From Vicinamibacterales bacterium (GTDB lineage: Bacteria > Acidobacteriota > Vicinamibacteria > Vicinamibacterales > UBA8438), in the NCBI GenBank assembly GCA_965221595.1, contig OZ244900.1, positions 1,190,687 through 1,254,686 on the forward strand: 64,000 bases of DNA. Direction: 5' to 3'. This document shows positions 48,313 to 57,833 of the stretch, piece after piece. The notes beneath the pieces are model-generated. The model had not been told where the DNA came from and did no database searches. It was given only the letters and a program-made list of their open reading frames with translations. Numbering within the stretch: the first letter of the stretch is position 1; every line of letters starts with the position of its first letter. The translations under genes were made by a program, and so were the position numbers.

Positions 48313-49245
48313 CTACTGGAAGTCCGCGCCCGTCATCAACTTGAGGTTGCGGCCGTTCCCCTCGTGGCAGGCGTACTCGTACAGGATGTGATCGGCCGGC
48401 GCCCGTTTCAGCCCTTCGTAGCGCAGTGTCCAGGGCTGCGTGAATACGTTCGGATCCTCGATGGTGGCTTGGTAGTTGATCGTGTTCGCGTCCACCGGGA
48501 TGAAGCGCTCCACCACGCGCAGTGCGCCGCTGTGGAAGATGCCGTGCCCGCTGTTGATCGAACTGGCCGGCGCGCCCTCGGGCGGCGCCCCGTGCCCCAC
48601 GGGCCACGTATTGTCGGTGAAGTTCGTCACCTCCACCACCAGCGTGTCGCCCTCCCAGCGGCCCCGCGAGTCGCCCATCCCGAGCCGGATGCCCGCCGGC
48701 AGGTGCGGGCGCCCGTCGAGCGGGATGTACCGCGAGTGGTGGTTCCACTCGTAGAGGATGATGACCGCGCCCGGCACCTGCAGGATCTGGTAGGTGTTGT
48801 AGCCCACCGGCAGGTGTGCGCGCGGCAGCGCGGCGGGCAGGCACTTGACGCGCGGGTCGAGAAACGCCAGCTCGTCCTGCCGGTCCATGATCTCTTCGCG
48901 CCGTTCGGCGGCCCATTCCTGCAGGGGCACGCGGCCGTCGGGCGGGTCGATGATCATCGGCGTCCGCACGCGCTCGCGCGGGCCCGCCGGCGCCTCGCCG
49001 TCGGGGCGGAAGAAGCGCGTGAAGGTGTAGTTGTGGCCCGTGTACTGCGTGTCGCCCCACGGTTCCAGCCGCGGCGTCTCCAGCGGCTGCGACGCCCCCG
49101 GCAGGTAGTGCCCGCGCAGGTCGGGGTCGCCCCACGGCGTGCGGGGCGGCGTGTAGTCGCTCTCTTGCGCGGCGAGCGGGGCCGGGGACGCGAGGGTTGC
49201 GCACAGCGCCAGCGCGGCGAGCGGTACGAGCGGCTGTCTGGTCAC
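48313..49245 (-). CDS. conserved exported hypothetical protein, paralogue of 16793..17752
   Basis: Signal peptide MTRQPLVPLAALALCATLASPAPLAAQ. Shared blocks: TPWGDPDLRG, IIDPPDGRVPL, IPLDGRPH, GDSRGRWEGDTLVVEVTN, YEYACHEGN. Confidence 0.65.
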   Translation of the reverse strand: MTRQPLVPLAALALCATLASPAPLAAQESDYTPPRTPWGDPDLRGHYLPGASQPLETPRLEPWGDTQYTGHNYTFTRFFRPDGEAPAGPRERVRTPMIIDPPDGRVPLQEWAAERREEIMDRQDELAFLDPRVKCLPAALPRAHLPVGYNTYQILQVPGAVIILYEWNHHSRYIPLDGRPHLPAGIRLGMGDSRGRWEGDTLVVEVTNFTDNTWPVGHGAPPEGAPASSINSGHGIFHSGALRVVERFIPVDANTINYQATIEDPNVFTQPWTLRYEGLKRAPADHILYEYACHEGNGRNLKLMTGADFQ

Positions 49246-49484
49246 GGTCGGCCTCCTGCTGAACGGCAGCGTCAGCGTGGAGAATATGCCGCCGGCGGAT
49301 CCGCGTCAAACGGCCCTGCGCCGGCGCATGATACGCTGCAGGCGCGGATGCGTCGAGCGACCTGCCCACCTCCGTTCGGCCTGCTCCCGAGCCCGGGCGA
49401 GGCTTCGACCTGCCGGCGTCGCAGACCCACCGTAGCAGGGCCGCCTGCCGGCGCGAGACCATCGATCGCAGGCCGCCCGTAACC

Positions 49485-50927
49485 ATGGCGACGGGCGAGG
49501 CGCCGCAGTCCGCCGGACGGGAGCCGCGGGTGAACGTCCCGCGGTTCGCCGCGGCGGTGCTGGTCGGCGCGGTCGTCTGGTTCGTCCCCGAGCCGGCGGG
49601 CGTGCAGCCGCGGGCGTGGCAACTGCTCGCCGTCTTCGTAGCCATGATGGTGGGCATCGTGCTGCGGCCCCTGCCGATGGGCGCGGTCGCGTTCGTAGCC
49701 GCCGCGTTCGCGGTGCTCTCCGGGACGCTGACGATTGCGGAGGCGACGGCCGGCTTCGGCAACACCGTCGTGTGGCTGGTGGTCGCCGCCTTCTTCATTG
49801 CCACCGCCTTCGTGAAGACCGGGCTCGGGACGCGTATCGCCTGCCACTTCCTGCGCGTGCTGGGCAGGCGCAGCCTGGGGCTGGCGTACGGGTTCATCGC
49901 GGCCGACCTGGTGCTGGCGCCGGCCATTCCCAGCAACACGGCCCGTGCGGGCGGCGTACTCTACCCGGTCCTCAGGTCGCTCTGCGTCTCGCTGGGCAGC
50001 GACGTCGCGCGCGGCACCGAGCGCCGCATCGCGGCCTTCCTAACGCTGACCAGCTACCAGGGCGTGGTGGTGACCAGCGCCATGTTCCTGACGGCAATGG
50101 CGGCCAACCCGCTCGTGGCGGAGCTGGCTGGACAGCAGGGCGTGGTGCTCTCCTGGCCCCTGTGGGCGCTGGCGGCGTCGGTGCCGGGCGTTCTGAGTCT
50201 GCTGCTCGTGCCCCTGCTGATCTACCGCCTGTATCCCCCGCAGATCACGCACACCCCGACGGCACCTGCGCTGGCGCGCCGGCGGCTCGCGGAACTGGGT
50301 GCGATGAAACGGGACGAGTGGATCCTGCTGGTGGTGTTCGTCGGCCTGCTGAGCCTCTGGATCTTCGGCGGCGCGCTCGGCATCAGCGCCACGACGACGG
50401 CACTGGCCGGGGTGGCGGCCATGCTGGCCACGGGAGCGCTGGCCTGGAGCGACCTGCTGGAGGAGCGCAGCGGCTGGGACACGCTCATCTGGTTTGCCGT
50501 GCTGGTGATGATGGCCAGCCAGCTCGGGGAGCTGGGCCTGCTCGAGTGGTTCACCGACCGGGTGTCGGGTGTGCTCGCGACCGGACACTGGCTCCCGGCG
50601 TTCCTGAGCCTGAGCCTGATCTATTTCTACGTGCACTACTTCTTCGCGTCCAACACCGCCCATGTCAGCGCCCTGTACGCGCCGTTCCTGGCGCTGGCCC
50701 TGGCGGTCGGGACGCCGCCCGTCCTGGCCGCCCTCGTGCTGGCCTTCTTCAGCAACCTGTTCGCCTCGCTGACGCACTACGGCACGGCGGCCGCGCCCAT
50801 TCTCTTCGGGGCCGGGAACGTCGACATCGGTACCTGGTGGCGGCTGGGAGCGCTGGTCGGCCTGCTGCACATCGCCATCTGGCTGGGCGCCGGCAGCCTC
50901 TGGTGGCGCCTGCTGGGGCTGTGGTGA
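49485..50927 (+). CDS. DASS-family (SLC13-like) anion/dicarboxylate transporter
   Basis: 480 aa, polytopic. The PSNTARAGG hairpin (SNT) motif is followed by a second half with a matching repeat. Resembles 2-oxoglutarate/malate or tartrate-type DASS carriers. Confidence 0.8.
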   Translation: MATGEAPQSAGREPRVNVPRFAAAVLVGAVVWFVPEPAGVQPRAWQLLAVFVAMMVGIVLRPLPMGAVAFVAAAFAVLSGTLTIAEATAGFGNTVVWLVVAAFFIATAFVKTGLGTRIACHFLRVLGRRSLGLAYGFIAADLVLAPAIPSNTARAGGVLYPVLRSLCVSLGSDVARGTERRIAAFLTLTSYQGVVVTSAMFLTAMAANPLVAELAGQQGVVLSWPLWALAASVPGVLSLLLVPLLIYRLYPPQITHTPTAPALARRRLAELGAMKRDEWILLVVFVGLLSLWIFGGALGISATTTALAGVAAMLATGALAWSDLLEERSGWDTLIWFAVLVMMASQLGELGLLEWFTDRVSGVLATGHWLPAFLSLSLIYFYVHYFFASNTAHVSALYAPFLALALAVGTPPVLAALVLAFFSNLFASLTHYGTAAAPILFGAGNVDIGTWWRLGALVGLLHIAIWLGAGSLWWRLLGLW

Positions 50928-50967
50928 CGGCGCGCCGTGCGGGTGGCGGCGCTCAGAGCGTCTCCTC

Positions 50968-52068
50968 TCAGCGGCGCGCTCCGGCGGCCGTCGCGACGAG
51001 CCGGGCCGCGACCGTCGAAAGGCCCAGGCGGTGATCGGCGGGGTCGATCCAGCGGCCGGCGCGCTCGCGGACCTGCGCCGGGCGCGCCTTGAGGCGCACG
51101 TAGACGGGCTCGACGTCGAGGTCATAGTGGGTGAAGCCGTGACGGAAGACGTCCGCGGCGCGAACCTGGTCGACCAGCCCCGCGTCGATGCCTGTCTGGT
51201 CCAGGAACCCGGCCACGGTCTGGTCGGCGGCGCGTTCGGGCGGTGACCACAGGCCGCCCCAGATGCCGCGCGGTGGGCGCCGCTCGACGAGGCAGGCGCC
51301 GGCGGGATCGACGAGCACGAAGAAGCGGCTACGCTCGAGGCGGCGCGGGCGGCGGGGCGCCCGTTGCGGGTAGCGCGCCGGGTCGCCCGCAGCGCGGGCC
51401 GCGCAGTCCTCCCGGACCGGGCAGTCGCCGCAGCGCGGGCGCGTCCGGCGGCAGACCGTTGCGCCCAGATCCATGATGGCCTGCGTGTAGTCCCCTGCCC
51501 GGTCCGCAGGCGTATGGGCTTCCGCCAGACGCCACAACGCGCCGAGCGTGGCCGCAGACGACACCGGCCCGGCGACCCGATGCCGGCGGGCCAGCACGCG
51601 CTTGACGTTGGCGTCGAGAATCGCGGCGCGCGTGCCGTAGCCCTGGGCGACAATCGCCGCCGCGGTGGAGCGCCCGATGCCGGGCAGCGTTCGCAACGCG
51701 GTCGCATCGTTCGGCACGACGCCGGCGTGCTCCCGTACGACGATGCCCGCGGCGCGGTGCAGGTTGCGCGCCCGGGCGTAGTAGCCCAGGCCGCTCCACA
51801 GGTGCAGCACCTCGTCCATGTCGGCGCGCGCCAGGGTCTCCACGTCGGGAAACCGCGCGATGAAGCGCTCGAAGTAGCGGACGACCGTAGCTGCCTGGGT
51901 CTGCTGCAGCATGACTTCCGCAACCCAGACGCGGTAGGGCGTGCGCGCCTGCTGCCAGGGCAGGTCCTTGCGGCCGTCGGCGTCCCACCAGGCGAGCAGG
52001 CGGCGTGCGAAGGCGTCTTGCGAGACCTGCTCCCCGGCGGCGTTGCGGAGCGGCTTGGCTGCGTTCAT
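50968..52068 (-). CDS. mutY: A/G-specific adenine DNA glycosylase
   Basis: LPWQQARTPYRVWVAEVMLQQTQAATV, GLGYYARARNL, LPGIGRSTAAAI, DANVKRVL, the Fe-S cluster CxxxxxxCxxCxxxxxC (CRRTRPRCGDCPVREDC), and a C-terminal NUDIX-like domain. Confidence 0.9.
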   Translation of the reverse strand: MNAAKPLRNAAGEQVSQDAFARRLLAWWDADGRKDLPWQQARTPYRVWVAEVMLQQTQAATVVRYFERFIARFPDVETLARADMDEVLHLWSGLGYYARARNLHRAAGIVVREHAGVVPNDATALRTLPGIGRSTAAAIVAQGYGTRAAILDANVKRVLARRHRVAGPVSSAATLGALWRLAEAHTPADRAGDYTQAIMDLGATVCRRTRPRCGDCPVREDCAARAAGDPARYPQRAPRRPRRLERSRFFVLVDPAGACLVERRPPRGIWGGLWSPPERAADQTVAGFLDQTGIDAGLVDQVRAADVFRHGFTHYDLDVEPVYVRLKARPAQVRERAGRWIDPADHRLGLSTVAARLVATAAGARR

Positions 52069-52134
52069 GCGCCGGTCCTGCCGGTGCCCGGGTGGCGGTT
52101 GGCGACGGGGTCTCGACCCATGCGCCAACCGAGC

Positions 52135-53028
52135 CTATTGGCCGCGGACCTGTTGGCCGAGACGCGCCTCGCAGACCTTGACCATGGCGCTCTTCGGCTC
52201 GTCCCCGAAGCCCATCGCGATGGCCGCCCGGTAGGTCGACACCATGGCCTCGACCAGCGGCAGCGTGGCATCGAGTCTGGCCGCCGCCTCCTCGATGTTG
52301 ACCAGGTCCTTGCAGGCCGCGCGCAGCGGGAAGTCGCCCTCGAAGCGGCGTTCGAGAATGCGCGGGAGGAAGTGTTCGCCCGCGAAGCTGCGCGCGCTGC
52401 CCGTCGTGAGCACCGCGGCGAGCTGCGCGGGTTGCAGGCCGGCCTTCACGGCGAACGGCAGGACTTCGCACAGCGCGGCGATGTTGATGTCGTAGACGAT
52501 GTTGTTGACGGCCTTCATGAGCTGTCCCGCGCCGACCTTGCCGCAGTGCACGACGAACTCGCCCATGACGTCGAGGCAGGGCCGCGCCCGCGCGAACAGC
52601 TCGTCGCTGCCGCCGAACATCATGGTGAGCGTGCCGCGCTCGGCGCGCAGCGGCATCCCCGAGACGGGGCAGTCGGCGTAGGCCAGCCCGGCCTCTCCGC
52701 ACCGCCCGGCCAGCCGCAGGGCGGCGCCGCGGTTCATCGTGGTCGTGTCGACGACCGCCGGGCACTGCCCGCCCCGGGCCGCCCCGCGCTCGCCGAAGAG
52801 CACTGCCTCGACCTCGGTGTCGGACGGCAGGCAGAGGAAGACCAGGTCGGCGCGCGCGGCGAGATCGGCCGGATTGGCGGCCACGCCGGCGCCGTCGGCC
52901 GCGAGCGGTTCTGCCGCCTGTCGGCGGACGTCGTGCACCAGCAGCGGCACGCCGGCCTGCAGCAGGTTGCGGGCCATGCCATGCCCCATGCGGCCGAGCC
53001 CGATGAATCCGACCGTCTGCTTGTCCAC
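52135..53028 (-). CDS. NAD(P)-dependent 3-hydroxyisobutyrate/6-phosphogluconate dehydrogenase-family oxidoreductase
   Basis: GTG 53028 with GGAGG 6 nt upstream. VGFIGLGRMGHGMARNL, DCPVSG, GAGQLMKAVNN. The 801-aa ORF listed in the track is a shadow extension. Confidence 0.85.
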   Translation of the reverse strand: MDKQTVGFIGLGRMGHGMARNLLQAGVPLLVHDVRRQAAEPLAADGAGVAANPADLAARADLVFLCLPSDTEVEAVLFGERGAARGGQCPAVVDTTTMNRGAALRLAGRCGEAGLAYADCPVSGMPLRAERGTLTMMFGGSDELFARARPCLDVMGEFVVHCGKVGAGQLMKAVNNIVYDINIAALCEVLPFAVKAGLQPAQLAAVLTTGSARSFAGEHFLPRILERRFEGDFPLRAACKDLVNIEEAAARLDATLPLVEAMVSTYRAAIAMGFGDEPKSAMVKVCEARLGQQVRGQ

Positions 53029-53268
53029 GGGCGCCTCCGGCTGCTCGTCCCGACGTTCGCGGCGCGCCCGCCCGCCTGCGCTGCCGGCATGGCCAGCCGG
53101 TCGTCGCCTACGGCTCCGCTTGGCGCCCGACCGGATCCTACCAGGGCCGCTGCGAACCGCGGAGCGCCATGCGGCGCGGTCCCCGTATCCATCGCTATCG
53201 CTTGTATGATGGGGCGGTTTCGGCGCGAGTAATCGGCCTGCACGACGCGCGACCACGAGGAGGACGCG

Positions 53269-54258
53269 ATGCGACAGTCGAGCGTTGCCTGGATTGTGCT
53301 GTTGGCGGTGGCCGGCCTCGCCGCCGGCGCGGACGCGCACGCGCAGCAGGAGCGGGACGGGGCCAATGCCGTGCTGCCGTGGGCCTACGTGCTCAACGAC
53401 CCGGTCGCGGACACCGAGGCGCCCGATCCCCACGAAGTGGTCACGGTGCCGGACTCCGACGTGCTGATGCGGCGGTCGGCCATTGCCATCGCCAACGGCC
53501 CCCCCGACTGGCATCCCGACCGCCATCCGCCGATGCCGGAGGTCGTGGCCCGCGGCGGCGGCCCGGGCGTGGCGGCCTGCGGCTACTGCCACCTGCCGAA
53601 CGGCCAGGGCAAGCCGGAAAACGCCGGCGTCGCCGGCCAGCCGTACGAGTACATCGTGCAGCAGATGACCGACTGGCGGAACGGCCTGCGCAAGCCCGGT
53701 GAGCCGCGCATGGGGCCGACGTCCTTCATGGAGCGGATCGGTCTGGCTGCCACCGACGCGGAGGCGCGCGTCGCCGCCGAGTACTTCTCGTCGATCGACT
53801 TCAAGCCGTGGGTGCGCGTCGTGGAGACCGACACGGTGCCTGTGACGCGCTTCGCGGGTTGGATCCACGAGGTGGTCGAGGGCGGCGGCACGGAGCCCAT
53901 CGGCACGCGCGTGGTCGAGACGCCCGAGAACCTCGCGCTCACCAAGCTGCGCGACGACGCGTCCGGCTTCATCGCCTACGTGCCGACGGGCGCGGTGGCG
54001 CGCGGTCGCGAGATCGTGATGACGGGCGGCGCCAACTCCGTCGCGTGCACGGTCTGCCACGGGGACGACCTGCGCGGCATCGGTCCGGTGCCCGCGCTGG
54101 CCGGCCGTTCGCCGAGCTACATGGCGCGGCAGCTCCACGACCTGCAGACCGGCGCCCGCAACGGCGCGTGGTCCGATCTGATGGACGCCGCGGTAGCGAA
54201 CCTCACGGTGGAGGACATCGTCGACATCGTGGCCTACACGGCGAGCCTGGACCCGTAG
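53269..54258 (+). CDS. exported dihaem c-type cytochrome
   Basis: Signal peptide and two CxxCH motifs (ACGYCHLPNG and ACTVCHGDDLRG). Confidence 0.85.
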   Translation: MRQSSVAWIVLLAVAGLAAGADAHAQQERDGANAVLPWAYVLNDPVADTEAPDPHEVVTVPDSDVLMRRSAIAIANGPPDWHPDRHPPMPEVVARGGGPGVAACGYCHLPNGQGKPENAGVAGQPYEYIVQQMTDWRNGLRKPGEPRMGPTSFMERIGLAATDAEARVAAEYFSSIDFKPWVRVVETDTVPVTRFAGWIHEVVEGGGTEPIGTRVVETPENLALTKLRDDASGFIAYVPTGAVARGREIVMTGGANSVACTVCHGDDLRGIGPVPALAGRSPSYMARQLHDLQTGARNGAWSDLMDAAVANLTVEDIVDIVAYTASLDP

Positions 54259-54324
54259 GAGTTGGTCGCGGGACCGGGTTTCCTTGCGCCACGGAGGACA
54301 AACGACGGATCGTTTTCGTCGAAG

Positions 54325-54834
54325 ATGAAACGGCACGCGAGCCTCGTCCCGCTGTCGCGCGACCACCACTTCGGGCTCGTCATGGCCCGGCGGCTCATCC
54401 TGGGCCGGGCGACCAACCCGCGCGCCGACTGGCCTGCGGACCGGGCGCGGCAGTTGCGACGGCTCATCGACTTCTTCGAGGCCGACCTGCGGGTGCACTT
54501 CGAGATCGAGGAGGCGCACGTCTTTCCGGCCGCCGGGCAACGGCTGGCCGGCGGCGACCGTGAGGTGGCGTCACTGCTCGCGGACCACGAGGCCATGCGT
54601 GCGATGATTCGCGGCTTCGAGGCCGATCCCGCCGCGGCTCTCGACGAGCGCCTGCCCGCGTTCGGCTACCTGCTCGCGGCCCACATCCACAGAGAGGAGC
54701 GCGGCTTCTTCGAGCGCCTGCAGGCGGCGTGTGCGCCGGCCGAGTTGGACGCGCTGGGCGACCGCGTCGCACGGGCGCGCGCGGCGGCCGGTCCTGCCTG
54801 CCTGCAACGCGCGCCCGGCGCACCTCGGCGGTAG
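54325..54834 (+). CDS. hemerythrin HHE cation-binding domain protein
   Basis: LSRDHHFGL, HFEIEEAHVFP, LLADHEAM and HIHREERGFF are His/Glu di-iron ligand patterns. Confidence 0.75.
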   Translation: MKRHASLVPLSRDHHFGLVMARRLILGRATNPRADWPADRARQLRRLIDFFEADLRVHFEIEEAHVFPAAGQRLAGGDREVASLLADHEAMRAMIRGFEADPAAALDERLPAFGYLLAAHIHREERGFFERLQAACAPAELDALGDRVARARAAAGPACLQRAPGAPRR

Positions 54835-54861
54835 CGGCGCGGGTCGTGACCCTCGCGCGTC

Positions 54862-55266
54862 TCAGTCGCCGGGCGCCTCGTCCTTTCCCCGTTGTCCCGC
54901 GGCCGCCACCTGCCGCGTGACTTCGCCGGCGAAGCGGTCGGCCGCCTGGAGCCATGCCCGCAGTTCGATGGCGGTCGGGTTGATCTCGTAGGGATGGTGG
55001 TGGCAGGCGCGGCTCAAGTCCGACCAGGCTGCAGCGGTTGCCTGTGCCAGATCCGTGTTGTCGAAGTACACCCGGAGGCACAGCAGTTGCGCGTGCGTGC
55101 TGCAGCGTTCCAGGCCCGGTTCCCGGAGCTGCCAGTACAGCCGGAGTGTCTCCTCGATGGCCTGCCGCCCGAGGACCGCGGCCGTCCGCTGCCACCCGGC
55201 GGTGCGGGCCGTATCCCCGCCGGTCACGAGGCGGTTTGCCACCGAGAGAAGTTCGGACGGTCGCAT
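54862..55266 (-). CDS. small all-alpha protein with a HEPN-like Rx4H motif (candidate partner/effector of the upstream ATPase)
   Basis: 134 aa from ATG 55266, 4 nt after the ATPase TAG. Helical composition, and SRACHHHPYE gives R-x4-H. The HEPN assignment is inference only. Confidence 0.4.
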   Translation of the reverse strand: MRPSELLSVANRLVTGGDTARTAGWQRTAAVLGRQAIEETLRLYWQLREPGLERCSTHAQLLCLRVYFDNTDLAQATAAAWSDLSRACHHHPYEINPTAIELRAWLQAADRFAGEVTRQVAAAGQRGKDEAPGD

Positions 55267-55270
55267 GCGG

Positions 55271-57766
55271 CTACCGGAGGCCGCGTGCCCGGTCCGCCAC
55301 ACGGGCGGTTCCTTCGATCAACGCTGCCAGCTGGTCGACCGTCGTGCCTGCGTGCGTACCTCGGTTCGCCTCGGCTATGGCGTCGCCCGCCCAGCGTCCC
55401 CACCGCTCGTTGGCGCGGTGCATGACGTCTCCGGCACGGTCGCGATCGTCGAACATGGCCAGGGCCAGTTTCTGGAGCAACGTTCGCGCAGAGAGAAGCG
55501 CCGCCTCCACGTCGGCGTGCCGTTCGCCGCGACCGAGACGCCGCCGCCGTACCGTTTCGGTGCAGGCTGCCTCGATCGACAGGCGGCAGAAGAGCGGTAC
55601 CGCACGTGCGGCAGCGTCAGGGGGGATGTCGTCGGTCAACGTCAGGGCGCGCGCATCGTCGAGGTACTGCTTGATCGGGTCGCGGGTCGGTGTGCACTCG
55701 ACTGCCGAACCCGCGCGTCGGTTGACCTCGATCACCGTCGCGGCGACTTGCAGCCGCCGCACGGACTCCGGCAGGCGCTCGTCGTGCGTGAAGACGACGA
55801 CCTGGCGTTTGCGGGCCGTTCTCTCTAGCACCCGCGCCAAGCCGTCGACCTTGCCCGGGTCCATGGCCTGCACGGGATCGTCGATGATCACGAATCCGAA
55901 TGGCGAATCCTGCAGCAGCACGCGCGGCAGGAAGAGGCTCAGCGCGAGCGAGTGGAGCTCGCCCTGGCTCATCACGCCGAGCGCCTGGCCCTCGGCCCAG
56001 TCTACGCTGACGTCCAGAAGCAGGCGACGCGTCGTCGCGCTGCCGGCGAGTGCGAGGCTGTCGAGTGCAACGGCGCTGTTCTGGCGCAGCTCGTTCCAGA
56101 CAGCGGCTGCCACGTCGGCGATGGGACGGAAGCGCGCCGCCCGGATCCGGCCGGTTTCCGTGTCGAGCCACGTCTCCGCGGCGCGCAATGCGCGAGCCGC
56201 CGTGCTCGCCGCCGCGGCGGACCGCGCGCCGGGCAGCCATTCGCGCAAGGCCCTCGCGGCAGGTCGCCAGATGTTCTCGCGGCGCTCCAGCTCGCGGGTG
56301 GCTGCGGCACGCACGGCTTCGGAGGCAGCGACCAGATCGGGGTGGGTCTCTTCGACGTGCGCCGCGAGGGCCGCCGCGGGAGCACCGGCCGGCAGGTCAT
56401 GCCATCGGGCCCAGACTGCTGACAGGGGTGCCGTGTCGACTCCCTCCACGTCGCGGCGTCGCAGCACGGCCGGCGGTGCGGCCAACAGCTCCCGCGCTGT
56501 GTGCCGAGCCGTGTCCAGTTCCTGCCGCGCCCGCACTGCATCGGATGCCTCTTCGCGCAGTCGTGCCGCGAAGGCCTCCGTTCGGACGCGCCAGGCGCCG
56601 TCCAGTGCGCCCTCGCCGCAGACCGGGCAAGGTCGATCGCCGTGCGCGGCGTGCAACGCCAGCGACCGGTCGAGCAGGTCTGCAACCTCCCGGGCGCGGT
56701 CCGCGTCCGTCTCGGCCACACCTTCGACCGCGTCGAGCGCCGCACGAAGGTGTGCCGCCGCTGACTGCGCTTCAGCCGCATCCGGCGGTCGCAGCGAGGC
56801 CAGCTCGCGCAGCAGGGCGATGTCGCCGGCGCCCTTTGAATCGTCCCCGCCCTCCAGGACCGTCTCCACCCGATCGAGGTCCCAACGGTTCGCCTTGGGC
56901 GACTCGATCAGCCGGGCACATTCGCGCGCCCGCTCGTCGTCTACAGGTTGGAGGGAAGCCAGCAGTTTCGATCGCTTCGCTTCCACCTCCCGGCAGTGCT
57001 TCTCCCGTTCCAGTTTGAGATCACGGAGGTGCTTCCGCGCGGCCACGAGTACATCGAGGCCAAGGGCAGCGGACATCAGGTCGTAGAGGGCGGACGGTTT
57101 GTAGTCCGGAATCGATCCGAGTTCGTTGTAGGGCAGGAACGGGCGGTAGGTCGACAGCGCCTCGTCCCAGCCGAGCGACGCGAGACCATCGCCGCGACCT
57201 GCGCCGAGCAGGGTAGGCCCTCCGGCATCCAGGTCTCCGCTGCCCTCGGGCCATTCGCGACGTGCAACGCGCGGCGCCCGCTCGCCGTCGATCGTGAAGC
57301 TCGCTTCGATTTCGACGGCCCCATCCCAGTGCAGATTGCGCCAGCCCTGCTTCCAGACGGCCGACCTGGTCGCCCAACGACGGTTCTGGCCAGTCAACAG
57401 CAGCTCGAGGGCCTCGGCGAAGCTGGACTTGCCGCTGCCGTTACGTCCGATCACGAGGGTGAGCCCAGGCCCGGGCGCAACGGCAAGCGTTGCGCGCGCA
57501 CCGATACCGCGGAATCCCTGGACCGAAATCGAGTGCAGGTATGCCTTCGCGGAGGTTCGAGGCGACCGTGCATGCACCTTGCCGATCGAGTCGCTCACGG
57601 CGTCGGTCGGGGCTGGCGCGTCCTCGGCCAGTGCCCGCTCCAGGGCTTCCCTTCCGTCCAGAGCCGCCAGTACGAGCAACCCGACCTCGACGGCGAGATC
57701 GTCGTCCGCGTCCAATCGCGCACGGACTTGCTCTATCAGGATGGCGCTACCCGACATGTGTTCCAC
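55271..57766 (-). CDS. Rad50/SbcC/RecF-like ABC (SMC-type) ATPase with a coiled-coil CxxC hook
   Basis: 831 aa. ISVQGFRGI...LTLVIGRNGSGKSSFAEALELLLTG (Walker A); long Ala/Arg/Glu-rich coiled coil with GDRPCPVCGEG near its centre; MSQGELHSLALSLFL (signature); FGFVIIDDPVQAMD (Walker B/D-loop); VVVFTHDERL (H-loop). Confidence 0.8.
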   Translation of the reverse strand: MEHMSGSAILIEQVRARLDADDDLAVEVGLLVLAALDGREALERALAEDAPAPTDAVSDSIGKVHARSPRTSAKAYLHSISVQGFRGIGARATLAVAPGPGLTLVIGRNGSGKSSFAEALELLLTGQNRRWATRSAVWKQGWRNLHWDGAVEIEASFTIDGERAPRVARREWPEGSGDLDAGGPTLLGAGRGDGLASLGWDEALSTYRPFLPYNELGSIPDYKPSALYDLMSAALGLDVLVAARKHLRDLKLEREKHCREVEAKRSKLLASLQPVDDERARECARLIESPKANRWDLDRVETVLEGGDDSKGAGDIALLRELASLRPPDAAEAQSAAAHLRAALDAVEGVAETDADRAREVADLLDRSLALHAAHGDRPCPVCGEGALDGAWRVRTEAFAARLREEASDAVRARQELDTARHTARELLAAPPAVLRRRDVEGVDTAPLSAVWARWHDLPAGAPAAALAAHVEETHPDLVAASEAVRAAATRELERRENIWRPAARALREWLPGARSAAAASTAARALRAAETWLDTETGRIRAARFRPIADVAAAVWNELRQNSAVALDSLALAGSATTRRLLLDVSVDWAEGQALGVMSQGELHSLALSLFLPRVLLQDSPFGFVIIDDPVQAMDPGKVDGLARVLERTARKRQVVVFTHDERLPESVRRLQVAATVIEVNRRAGSAVECTPTRDPIKQYLDDARALTLTDDIPPDAAARAVPLFCRLSIEAACTETVRRRRLGRGERHADVEAALLSARTLLQKLALAMFDDRDRAGDVMHRANERWGRWAGDAIAEANRGTHAGTTVDQLAALIEGTARVADRARGLR

Positions 57767-57833
57767 TCGGCGGCGGGTCTCCGCCGCTTCTCGCGTCGCT
57801 GCGTGGGTGCCGGCACGCGTGTGAGTCCGGACC

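Noticed and set aside
49246-49484. 239-bp divergent intergenic region upstream of the DASS transporter, considered for a riboswitch or small RNA
   Set aside because: I could not recognise any known riboswitch core or a convincing conserved structure by eye. It needs a covariance-model scan before any claim.
47392-49939. 696-aa plus-strand and 770-aa minus-strand ORFs spanning the selenoprotein-B region
   Set aside because: Both are out-of-frame shadows of FadB, UGSC-B, the exported paralogue and the DASS transporter. They are low-complexity Arg/Ala/Gly/Pro sequence.
55038-57086. 682-aa plus-strand ORF and several 200-320-aa ORFs over the ATPase gene
   Set aside because: They are Ser/Arg/Ala-rich antisense translations of the coiled-coil region. 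The minus-strand frame carries clear Walker A/B, signature and H-loop motifs.
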